A DNA stretch of 61,747 bases, the filler included, from Hausera hauseri (taxonomy: Eukaryota), in NCBI GenBank assembly GCA_046269625.1. It is 11 parts of 11 records of this genome, joined end to end, with 100 filler letters (N's around TTAATTAATTAA, not from the genome) between each part and the next. Parts side by side here need not be neighbours in the genome. Positions count along the whole stretch, not along the records: positions 10,402 to 15,363 come from JBJURY010377479.1; positions 15,464 to 22,727 come from JBJURY010026784.1; 9 more parts are not named here. One strand, written 5' to 3'. Shown in pieces: positions 11,688-22,827 of this stretch. Both the position numbers and the translations under genes were made by a program. Positions within the stretch are counted from its first letter, which is position 1. Each line of letters starts with the position of its first letter. A model generated the notes under the pieces. It had not been told where the DNA came from and made no database searches. It was given only the letters and a program-made list of their open reading frames with translations.

Positions 11688-13089
11688 TTCAAGAAGGAAC
11701 AAAGATGGTCGATAGACCAAAGTCATTTTATTACAACATTACCTCGAACCTTAATGCAACTGCTCAGAAAGATTATATTTATTATGGTGAATGCTCCTTC
11801 ATCCCCAATAATCTGAAAGGCCATCTCACAACCCAAAGAAGTGGACTTATTATTCAATTATCAACTGCTTCAGTCACCTTATCTGATCTTATTGATTTAT
11901 CTAACAAAACTACTTCTGTATACATATCGGTAGTCAGGGAAAAACTCCAGTTAAAGAGCAGAACCCATTCAAATGGAATGACGGATACATTAGAGATCAC
12001 GCCATTTACTACAATCAGATTAGATCAACGTTTTTATAAGAACGTCGCCATAATATTGCGATAAATGGTAAACCGTCTCCAACGATTTGTATAGAGGTTA
12101 CCCCGAGGGAAATATTCCCCCAAATAGATTTCAAGAAAGCTCCTGAGTATCCCATTAAGATGCCTGAAGAATTACAGCTAAGACAAGGACAGTCCTTTAT
12201 AAGACTACCAATAATACAAGAAAATGATATCATCATAATAGCCTCTAATAATGCATACTTAATGAAACCGATCCGTTCTAAGGAACAGGCACTTGTGGAA
12301 GTAACTATTATAAACCTAAATGGAAGTGTTATTTACGATCGAATTATTTGCCCATGGGACCGTATAGACAACTATAATTGTCGTTTTACTGGACTAAACG
12401 AAGCCGAAATAATCGGCCAAGCTGATCAGTATCAAGAAGAAAGGCTTATCCGACAACAAATCGTTGGTAAGATAGTCATAGGGATGAACGTGTTTGAGAT
12501 TAACTTACAAGGCCCATTGTTCGAACCCAACGCTATATTGGGAATCAGAGACGTATTCCATCATAAAGAAATAAACCCAGATAGACAACTTACTCAAGCA
12601 CAGATTCTGATGAAGCACAATAATGGAGATTATCCCTACAGAACCAAAGAAAAAGCCCTTGTCATATTAAAAATCTATCAGCTCATAAACGAGTTTCGTA
12701 TTAAATCAGAAAGTACTTTACCTTCGACATTTTCACCAATGGAAACCCAAGAACTAGCAACAGTCGACCTAATCGAACCACTATCTATTAGTGAGGTAAC
12801 AGACCAAATAGCTTCATCTTTGTCATCAATCCCGTTTAGCAATAATTCGGCAGTCCCTATAATAATGGATTCGACAAAAAAATCCAAGAAAAGATCTTAT
12901 CATGGGACAGAAACCATTACCCTTAAAAGTAAAATCAAAAATAAAGGGTTATGGCTAAACATTCACTCTGCCAATTACCAGTACTCAAATGGTACCTTAA
13001 AAACTTATCCCCTCGCTCTGAGGACAGCGTTGTCTAAGGAGGGAGATGTTGATGCTAATGCCATTGACATCGATGCACATTCTGACTAA
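11688..13089 (+). pseudogene. ORF with degenerate DEDDh exonuclease domain (ISG20/REXO4-like), frameshift near 12050
   Basis: ALVEVTIINLNGSVIYDRIICPWDRIDNYNCRFTGL...IRQQIVGKIVIGMN...IRDVF matches the LARVSIVN..G.V.YD.YV.P...V.DY.T..SGI...G.ILVGH...IRDT pattern; acceptor-like TTTACTTCTTTTCAG ends 11687; reads through PPT into LTR. Confidence 0.65.
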
Positions 13090-13236
13090 CGTACATTCTG
13101 ATCAACAAAATACGATGCACATTTTGATAAATTGATCGAGTATGTACAAATATTTTTCTGACTCTTATGGCATGCAGTAATAAATAAAGAATGAAATTGA
13201 GAGAAGTTGTCATTCAATAATAAAATTTACACTACA
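13036..13236 (+). mobile_element. Polypurine tract and short (190-bp) 3' LTR
   Basis: GAGGACAGCGTTGTCT-AAGGAGGGAGA then TGTTG (13047) ... AATAAA ... CTACA (13236). Confidence 0.7.
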
Positions 13237-13492
13237 AAAATTATTGTTTCTGGAAATAGAATTATAAAATGTAATACAGTAAAAAATAAGTGTGGTAAAC
13301 ATGTGCAATACATAATGAAAAATCAATATGCATTTATTGTGTAAGATTTTCAATTAATTTTCTGAGTCATTTTCACTGAAATGCGGGTACCAGTGGATTC
13401 TCGTCTTCCCTAACGTGGCGCAATAAAAATTGTGACATATCAACATGGCATTTGTTAAATAACCAGAAACAGTGGACAGTCGATTATTAGAC

Positions 13493-14571
13493 ATGCATTA
13501 TTCCACAGCAATTCTGTTGATTCTGTCATTCAGTTATACTGGAACGACTGCGGAAATTAAAGTTCCTGAGTTGACATCACAGACATTTGACGAATTTATC
13601 CAAAACCATGCATTAGTCATGTTCTATACTCCATGGTGTCCCCATTGTCAAGAAGCCAAACCGCATTTCTTTACATGCGCCGCAAAAATGGCAGATATCG
13701 ATAAGAAGTATTTTTTTGGAGTTGTCAATTGTGATAATTCCGAAAATTTCGGTATATTTTGATGTATTGTGACATTTTATTAATATTTATTTTTTAATTA
13801 ATGTATGTTGATATTATATTTCTTATAAACTGTTAACTGATAAATCAATAATCATCAATAATATCCATGAGAAAGTTAACTAAACTAAATAGTTTTCCTG
13901 CATTAGTTTAAAGCAGTTATTCGAAGGATAATCGATAATTGTTCATTTTCTTATATAATTTGAACACCAGAATATGAATACAAAATATACAGGGTGTTCT
14001 TAAATTGACACGAAAGAAAATTCGAATAAATTCAGTAGTTTAAACAGATGTAGTTTTTGTTATATAGTCACATTCATAAATTGATTGACTTTATTCTATT
14101 GCTAATGAAATGATAAAAATTATTATTTTTATATTACTTACTAATTGTTAATTAGGTCTGTGTCGGAAGCAAAAAATCGAAGGCTATCCAACCATAAATC
14201 TCTACCAACCTAAACATGCGGCTGTGACATTTGGAGCAGAGCCAACAGAAGAAAATCTCATGGGGTTTATTAAAAATCCCGAAGACTATATTCTTGGAAA
14301 GGAAGCAACAGAAGAAGTAAGAACCGGTATTGTTGTCAAATAACTTCATCTGAATAGATAAAGGATACGGCATTGAAACATACCAAGTATTTGAACGGTC
14401 TAAATTTTAGTGAATCTGTGGAACATATTCTGCACGCTTTAGTATTTTTCTATGCACCATGGTGTTCTCATTGTCAAGAAACCAAACCGGTTATTGACGA
14501 AGTCGCGGAACAATTAATGTCCAAGGACAGAGCCATATTTGCTGTCAATTGTGAAGATGAAAATAGTAGAA
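13493..14571 (+). CDS. Protein disulfide isomerase family gene (signal peptide + two thioredoxin domains), 3' part not resolved
   Basis: Exons 13493-13751, 14156-14316, 14358-14571 with GT-AG introns (404 and 41 nt) give an open frame: FYTPWCPHC, IEGYPTI, FYAPWCSHC; both domains have a phase-1 intron after VNC. Confidence 0.85.
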
Positions 14572-15796
14572 GTAAATTTATTTGGGAAATATCTTTTAAA
14601 ATATTATTTGTCAATTAAATATATTGGCAACATACAATGCCGTTAATTTTACACAATAACGCCTTGAGTTACTCGTACCTTTTTGTGGAAAATTTTTCGG
14701 TTATTGTGAAGAATTCGATATCAGTTATCTCAAAATTTTGATTGAAAATTATATTATATTTATTTTTTCGCTTGTTTAAATGTATCATTTAAATGTATTT
14801 TGAAAATTAATCTTACAGATCTTTTACAAAATATCCCCAAAGCCCTGGTTCATATAATCCCGAAAATATTCACGGTTCATAAAAACATTTTCACGATTCA
14901 CTTGCTCGGCAAAAGGTCTTTTTTGCTTGTGTGACTTTTTCAAGTTCTACATGTTCTACAAGTACAAAGTTTATCATTTTGCACTTATTCACTTTTCCCC
15001 CGAACATTGTTTTCAACAATTTGTGTCGTATTATTAATCAGAATAAAATTTTAGAACTTGTAGAACTTGTGAAACTCCGATTAGCAGGAAGGTACTGTTC
15101 CTTTGTAGAGCAATTAGTACTCATACTTTCTCCGCCAACTTACCCAGATCATTGTCAACTTTGACCGTCTATCAGTATTCTAGATATCGTTTTGTATGGT
15201 AGGGGAATCTCCGATACAGTAATTTCACGATTAACTGGAACTTCTTGTGCATTTCCTTTTTATGATAATCATGTGGGGAAGTCTGATCATCATATAAATA
15301 AAATCATTCGGCGGAGCCCGCTCGTACCTTTTTGCATGGAACGTACCAAAAGCATAACACTTANNNNNNNNNNNNNNNNNNNNNNNNNNNNNNNNNNNNN
15401 NNNNNNNTTAATTAATTAANNNNNNNNNNNNNNNNNNNNNNNNNNNNNNNNNNNNNNNNNNNNGTACAAATGTGAATACTGAAACAAAAGCTGATAAATT
15501 TTACGTTGTTGAAATGTTGTCAGTTCTCAATTTTTTGTTTCTTGTGCTTTGTAAGTATTATTTGTTGTTCCTGATGATAAATAGACCGTATTGAGATTGT
15601 AGTAAATGGATTTAGTGGATAATGATTATTTTTGTTTAAAAATATATACAATTATCATTGTATTTACCTTTGTTCAAACGTATAATTATTGTAATTATTC
15701 CATTCATGGAAATACGCGATATCTCAGGCTTAATCATGAAACAACAATGGTGTCAGAAGTCCATATGGAAAGATATGTTAACTATTGGATTTATAG

Positions 15797-16800
15797 ACAT
15801 GTTTTCTGTTGAAACATGTTCAAATGTAATTACAATTGTTGCTATTCAACCAAAGGTCAATACTATCTCAAGAGTAGCAGCAGTTTTTTACGCTGGATCA
15901 CGATTTGAAAATTATCAAACAAAAGGATTTAATCATTTGTTACGATGTTGTATTGGATTGTCGAATAATAATTTGTCTGCTATTCATGTTACTAGACACA
16001 TACAGCAAATGGGTGCCACAATTCGTTGTGTTGGTTCTCGTGAAACTTTAGTGTACATATTAGATTACCCACATGATTTACAAACGAAAGCTATTGAACT
16101 GTTATCCAATCTCACAACTAGACAGCACTTCTATCTTTGGGAATTAAAAGATGTAAAACCGTTGATGGAAGTTGATCTTCAGCTGTTGAACAGTCGGGAT
16201 TTTCAGACATTATGCTCGGAAATGTTACATAAAGCTGCATTTCGTGATGGTCTTGGAAATTCTCTTTTCTTACGAATTGAAGATTGGAAATTGGAATTAA
16301 TTGAAGATTTTCTCTCAAATACCTTTACAGCAAATAAAAGTATGCTGGTTGGTATATCCGTTAAACCAGATGATTTGATGAAACTGGCAACAATGTTCAA
16401 TATCAGACCTCTAAAAGATTCGACCATTCCATCGAGTATTTTTCGTGGAGGTTATTGATTAGCGGAAAGAATCTTCTAATTGTCATTATTTAGGTGAAAT
16501 ACGAAGAGAATTGCCTTTGGATTATGCTCATGTTTTATTGGCTTGGGAGGCTCCTGGATTTTCTGTCACATGCAATTGATTCTGGAGTTATCTACGGATA
16601 AAATGGAACGCTGGTGATTATGATTTGGTGCGAAAAGTCACGAAAAATGAGGATATTTCGAATAATTAGACGGAAAACCGTTTGTTCTATTCCTATAGTG
16701 ACAAAGGATTGTTTGGATTCTCTCTAACTGGCGGTAAAGAAGTTATGAGTGAACTTGTGACATCAATGTTTAAACATTTTGTTGCAATTGGCAAAAATGA
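15797..16800 (+). pseudogene. UQCRC2: Cytochrome bc1 core protein 2 (M16 peptidase fold), decayed 3' half
   Basis: AGSRFEN...GFNHLLR, RHIQQMGATI...SRETLVY, F.LWELKD, EMLHKAAFRDGLGNSLF, FRGG/GEIRRE across a 43-nt intron (16451-16493), YSYSDKGLFG; stops and deletions after 16580. Confidence 0.8.
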
Positions 16801-16930
16801 AATTAAAAATTGCGTGCAGGATTTCAGTTGTTTGAATTTCGAAATCACAAGATTTCTCCAAAGCACTGTTTATTGGTATTCGATAGATTACTGCGTCAAC
16901 GGCGTATGTTTTATTGGATAAAACAGTTGT

Positions 16931-17980
16931 TTGACATTGGAGGATTCGACTGTTACTCGTGCGAACGTTGGTTGTGAATACGAGCTTGTTATTTTGAATC
17001 AAGAATTAAAATTTAAGTGTTTTACATATGAGATTCAGCTACTTAACAATATTAACGATATCGACACGAAACCGCAATTATGTACGTTAGGGATCATTAT
17101 TATTGAAAGTAAACATTTCAAAAACTACGAAGACATTTTCAAGTTTCTTATCAGTCTTTCATATCCGAAAAAACTGAATTTTCTATCAAATTATATTGCA
17201 AAACAATTGCAGATTCAAAAATATGAAACTCAACCAATAGTCCTTACGGTTGAGGACAATTGTGTTTTTGTCAATACGATAAAGGTACTCCAACTCACAT
17301 CTTTAAACTTAAACAATATTTCTCAAGAAGATTATTTGTCCTTCAATATGTTTAACTGCAAATCAGAAATTGCCGACATTTGTAATTCTATGAGAAACCA
17401 TAACACCGTATCAACTCATACCGTCTTTTCTCAATCTCCTTTTACGAAGAGACGAAATATAAAACCAGTCCCAGTTGCCAAGGATACTTATTATTTTGTT
17501 CCTTTTGTATGTCTAAAAGACAAATCATTGATTGTTATTCATCGTTGTCAAGACTTTCCTAGAGTAAATGACCATCAGAATTCAGAACAAATCGAAGAAA
17601 AATATATTGGGAATGAGTTGAACAAAGAAGATAACTTCAATTCCTCGTGTGAAGGAAATAAAATTGACAAATGCCAGAATTATATCAAAGCCGTTTTTGT
17701 TAAATCTCTTTTGACGCTTCCAGATATTTATTTTCCAAACAAACTTGGCACTTGCTTTTGCAGTAATTGTCGATCAGTAAATGTAGGATTATGGATAAAC
17801 AATTCGGTCAACGTTTCTGAGTTGTTGATAAAAGGCGAGCCGGCTAAAGAATTTAGGTTACCCTTAGGATGGACAAAGTTTAATTTACGGGTGAAGAAAG
17901 ATGCACGGTCTTGTTCATCTTTATGGCATTTAGCCTATCTGACACTACCTGTTGGATTGTTGCATCGGTTTTTGACAGCA
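16931..17980 (+). CDS. NEURL4-like fragment (NHR-like region + start of C-terminal ART-like domain), 5' part of chimeric 565-aa ORF
   Basis: CFCSNC...KGEPAKEFRLPLGWTKFNLRV...WHLAY resembles NEURL4 CYCESC...[21 protein letters not shown]...WHMAYHG. Confidence 0.65.
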
Positions 17981-17999
17981 CCGGACACCAATAGCAGTG

Positions 18000-18545
18000 A
18001 TGTTTATAATGACATTCGATCCCATTTTATTTTGTTACTATCCTATTCTCGTACTGATGAATTAAGTCGTTGGTTCATTAATCAAGAAGTTGATTTGTTT
18101 AAATACCGCTTTTCTAAACACAAAAAAGATGTCATTAAACAATTCCTTAGCGACAACAAAATTGACATGGAAGTTGTCAACGATCTTGTTGTCAAAGCTA
18201 AACATTCAAATACAAACAAGGTGTTATACAGAGTTAAATTCCGAATGGTTATCGATTTGATTAAATCACGCAAAGTCTATTTGAATAAAGGATTTGCATA
18301 TATTACCGAAGATGAACTCGTCCATTTTGTAGCAACGGAATTCCGCAAGCACATGTCTCATAATATATCAATTTTGCGTCTGAATTGGTCACAAGTCGAA
18401 GAAGACAGTCGTTTGAATTTCTTGTCCACTATTGACAAGAAGTACATTGGTAAAGATTATTCTCAGACGGAAAAAATCGAAAAAATTACCGCTAATCAAA
18501 TACCGACATTGAATAAAATTCCTTTTCCTCCGTGCACGCAACTGC
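18000..18545 (+). CDS. PRIM2: DNA primase large subunit internal fragment, 3' part of chimeric ORF 16931..18628
   Basis: SHFILLLSY...ELSRWFINQEVDLFKYRF, DLIKSRKVYLNKGFAYI, EEDSRL, YIGKDYS, FPPC; stops at first Fe-S cysteine. Confidence 0.85.
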
Positions 18546-18820
18546 TGCAACAGCAGCAAAAGCTAATGTCAACCAGTGAGGTTATCCATATTAGACTGCA
18601 GAGTGGAGCGAGTAAAAAGATCGATTAAACTTCTGTCAAAAGGCTCCATGCAGACAAGATTCGATGAAAACCAGACGACATATAACGAACTGGTGGGTTT
18701 GTTCAGAGTCATTGAATACGCAGATCGCTCGTAGTACGACACGACGTGAGAAAGTCGATCTGAAGTGCCAACAATGCAAAACGATACTGCCAACCGCGGA
18801 GAAACCAGCACACGATGAGG

Positions 18821-19240
18821 TGAGTTTTGTCGTTGCGTACTATTCGTCTGGTAACCATCTTTTTAATCTACTTCTTGTTAGTGATTTCTATTCCCTGTTT
18901 TTCTTATATGTTTTAGCTCTTCATATGGCCGCCGTTGGCACAAAAACATCACCCCTTTTAGGTCTAGTCTCCAGTTGTAGTTGTAACTTAATGCCCCTTT
19001 ACTTAGAGATTACTTATATTTGTTCACATGATCTACTAACATTTTCATCAGCCCTTAAATTAAATCTTCGTCTGACAGTTTTATGTTTGACACTGATTTT
19101 TAATAGATGTCCTCTGAATTCCTTTGAAACCGTGATTTGCGGAGTATATATTGATATACACCTTGTTATGCCTAACCTCCATTTGCGTTCTATTAATTTG
19201 GACAGCAGTAATACGTCCCTACTGATGCGATTCAGTTGAG
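18821..19240 (-). mobile_element. 3' end relic of an LTR retrotransposon (PPT + ~128-bp LTR)
   Basis: Minus strand AAAAGGGGTGA then TGTTTTTG (18948) ... AAAACTCA (18821). Confidence 0.4.
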
Positions 19241-19345
19241 TGCCGATCGCTATGGAAATGCGATTGAACAATCGAATCAACATATTTCTCTGACTGGACC
19301 CCCCGGTGGAACCTCGGAAACCCAATATTTTTGGGTACATGGCAG

Positions 19346-22300
19346 TGTGACCGACTTCCCGGCCGCCCGTCCTTTGTCAGTGGGTCCCACACCATGGTTC
19401 ATTCAATTGGCACGCCATCCAATAGGTCCTGTGACACCTCTTTCGTTTTACTTTTTATTAAATAATTCTCAAATACTGACGCACAATATAACATACTATA
19501 TAGATTCACTGTACGTACACAAATATATTAACATTTTACTGCCCTTTCAAACTTTTACTGAACTCTTAATAACCTACCATTCGTTAATGCCAATGTCCGC
19601 AATTTTTTTCTACTTCAATCCCACAATTGGTTATTCATGTACATTTGCGCATACGTGGTGAAATGGACTCTTCATCCACCATTGGCACCACTAACACAAC
19701 TACCTCTAAACCATCACATTTTGCTTTTCACCAAAAATCAACGACCGTAACCACACCATCTACTTTCACCAGTAATACACCTTCCACCCTGCTAGCCAAA
19801 CACACTTCTCAGTGCACAGAATATTTTATTAATCATTAAAACTATAGCAAAACCTGGCTTAGTTTTCACAAACTTTGGCTGAAGTCTAACAACGTTACTG
19901 ATCCCTTAGCAAAAGCTCATAGTTTACATTCCCTCTTACCAAACACAGTAAAGACTTCTGTTCACGATATTTTAGACATCTTTCAACAAGCTGACCCATA
20001 TATACATATTTATAACGCAGTCTTAAAACTTACCGAACCGTCTATAGATTCCATAATCCATAGATTTTTTAATGATAACGCAATGGGAATACAAAAGCCT
20101 TCAGAGTTCCTGCGTACGTCGTTGACTCACCTACAAACGCTAGATGTAACTAAGCAGCATAATTCAAACCTTCTGCGACGATATTTCTTAAACGCGTTGC
20201 CTATACAAGTTAGGGCACTTCTTACCGTTGTCGAAGAATCTACGGCATTGGATAAATTGGCGAAATTGGCTGATACAGCACATGTAGTGCTACAATCGAA
20301 TTCTCAACCAATTGTATCAGCAGCGATTACGACAAGCGACAATCAACTCAATACAACAATGGAGCAACAGTTGAGCCAATTACGCGTTAAAAATTTAGCA
20401 CTATGCCAGACAATAAATAACATTAATAATAGGTTGAACGATCTTTCATTACCACGACGAAGTGTTTTTATTCATAATCATATTCATTCTGTTTCCAGAA
20501 ACAGGTCACCATCGCCTACACGATCCTTTGTGTGCTATTACCATAGCAAATTTCATAATAAAGCTAATAAATGCTGTTTAGAGTGAAGATATTACACTCC
20601 ACATTTACATTCAGATGACCGTTTGCATCTACCATGCGAAATTTGGATTCCACGCTCAGAAATGTCTTTCAGGCTGCAACTATAAGAACAACGCTAACCA
20701 TACTACCGACAGACGTTCTATTTCCCCTAGTAATAGTCGGCCGATCTCACCAATCCAAAAAAACTAATTTCGCCGCCAGTATGCACGGCAGAGTCTGGTA
20801 AAGGGAAATTCTCTAATACTACCTGCCGACACTTTTTTTGCAGTCTTCACACTAAAGGATTCAATAACCACACCAACAACTCAACCCATAGACTTCCTTA
20901 TCGACACAGACGTTGCGGTTTCTTTGCTCCCACTCACTTTCCCTGTAAAAAATTCACCATTCAAAGCTAAATCCTTATTTAAGACTTTAGGACAACTGCT
21001 AGACATTTCAGGTGCATCTAAATTGTCGGTCATCTTACCAAACTTTCAGTCCACGTTTCATTGGACATTTATCGTCGCTAACCTCGGCACAGCAATCCTA
21101 GGTTCGGATTTCTTATCGCACTGTAATCTCTTAGTTGAATGCAAACAACAATGTGTGAAACGTAACACTAATGGATATCTTACCGAGTGAAAAAATAGTA
21201 TATCTTCTAAGGCACAAACAATCTTCCCGAGGAAGCCTATACTCAAAAATCCTGTAAGTAATCCAAACTTCTTCGAAAGCATTTTTCATTTTGTAAATTT
21301 TTTAATGCTAATATCGATATTCAGTCGAGATTTGGTTTTGACAACTATGATTGCGTTGGTTCAGTACATTCACTAGACAAAATTACCTCTTCAAACACTA
21401 TTTTTAATACTACTATTCTGCATCAAATTCCCCTTGATTTCAATAACTCGCAAATATCACTCGTCACTGCACATATTGACTCAACACCATCAACATCACC
21501 CAGTCTCTCGCAATTGCCTGCAAGTCTACGGCAATACATACACACTTTATGACCCCGATTAATCCAGAAGGACCGAACCTTCACACCTACAAACAGCACT
21601 TTTCATCACATCATAACGCAACACCAAAGACATATTCGTCAAAAGGTACGTCCATTGTCATCTCGTCGTAGGCAAGCTGTCGAAGCGGAATTTCTAGACC
21701 TTGAACGCTCCGGCATTGTACGCAGGTTTAAATGGCCGTGGTCTTCGCTTTACACGTTGTCCAAATAAGATGGATACTTCCGACCATGCGGTGATTACCG
21801 TCAGCTAAACACTTTAACTGTTATGGATGCATATCCTTTATCATTAAGGATATCCTGCACCGGCTCAATTCCTCTACAGTATATTCAACCATAGACTTAG
21901 CCAAGGCATATCATCAAATTTCTGCAGGACCCGAGGACATCGAGAAAACGGCCGTTACGACACCTTTCGGCCTGTGAAAATACATTTATATGCCTTTTGG
22001 TTTACGCAACGCTGTTCAGATTTCCAACATCACGTCGATTCCATCCTCTCGGATTTCACTTCCGCGCATCCATATATCGACAATATCTTGATTGCTTCAT
22101 CTTCAATCAAACAGCATGAGGAACACCTCCGTTCTATTTTCAAACGACTCAACCACCATAATTTATAAATTAATTTTACGAAATGTCACTTCTTCCAAAA
22201 GCATATTAACTTTCTCGGACACATAATTTCAGCAAATAGTCATTCTCCTCAGCCAGAACGTGTTGATGCTCTCAAGAGTATACAACTACCTAAAACAACA

Positions 22301-22727
22301 ACAGAAATGAGAAGCTTTTTGTGAACTTTGCATTTTGTTCTCAAGTATGTGCCGTATTGCTCTGAACTTACCGCACCATTTGCTCACTTAAGCGGCGGCA
22401 AAAACATCAACCAATTCAGTGGACACCTGACCTGGTCATAAGTTTCATAAGCTACGCGAAGGAATTAAGACAGTCGACATTCTCGCTTTCCCCAAGCCTG
22501 ATGCGGAACTCATCCTTACTACAGACGTGTCAACCACTGCGGTAGGTGCGGTGCTTCACCAAATCCTCAAAGAAAAAATATCAACCGTTGGAATTTTTTC
22601 TCGTAAGCTAACATCCCCTCAATCTAGATATTCAACGTTCGATAGAAAATTATTGGCCATCGTTCTTGCTTTAAAGCATTTCTCCCACCTACTTGTCGCT
22701 CGCCATTTTACCATACAGACCGATCAC
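19346..22727 (+). mobile_element. Decayed Ty3/gypsy element, family B (5' LTR ~19346-19625, gag, protease, RT, RNase H)
   Basis: gag KPSEFLR...CYYH.KF...A.KC, AAAAAAC slippery site near 20760, FLIDT, DLAKAYHQI, YIDNILIAS, TD.STTAVGAVL, YSTFDRKLLA. Confidence 0.9.
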
Positions 22728-22827
22728 NNNNNNNNNNNNNNNNNNNNNNNNNNNNNNNNNNNNNNNNNNNNTTAATTAATTAANNNNNNNNNNNNNNNNN
22801 NNNNNNNNNNNNNNNNNNNNNNNNNNN

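Noticed and set aside
14317-14357. Stops suggesting the PDI gene is a pseudogene
   Set aside because: Removed by a 41-nt GT-AG intron that restores the frame
18560-18820. OTU1/YOD1 C-terminal zinc finger (DLKCQQCKTIL)
   Set aside because: Too short and frameshifted to support a name
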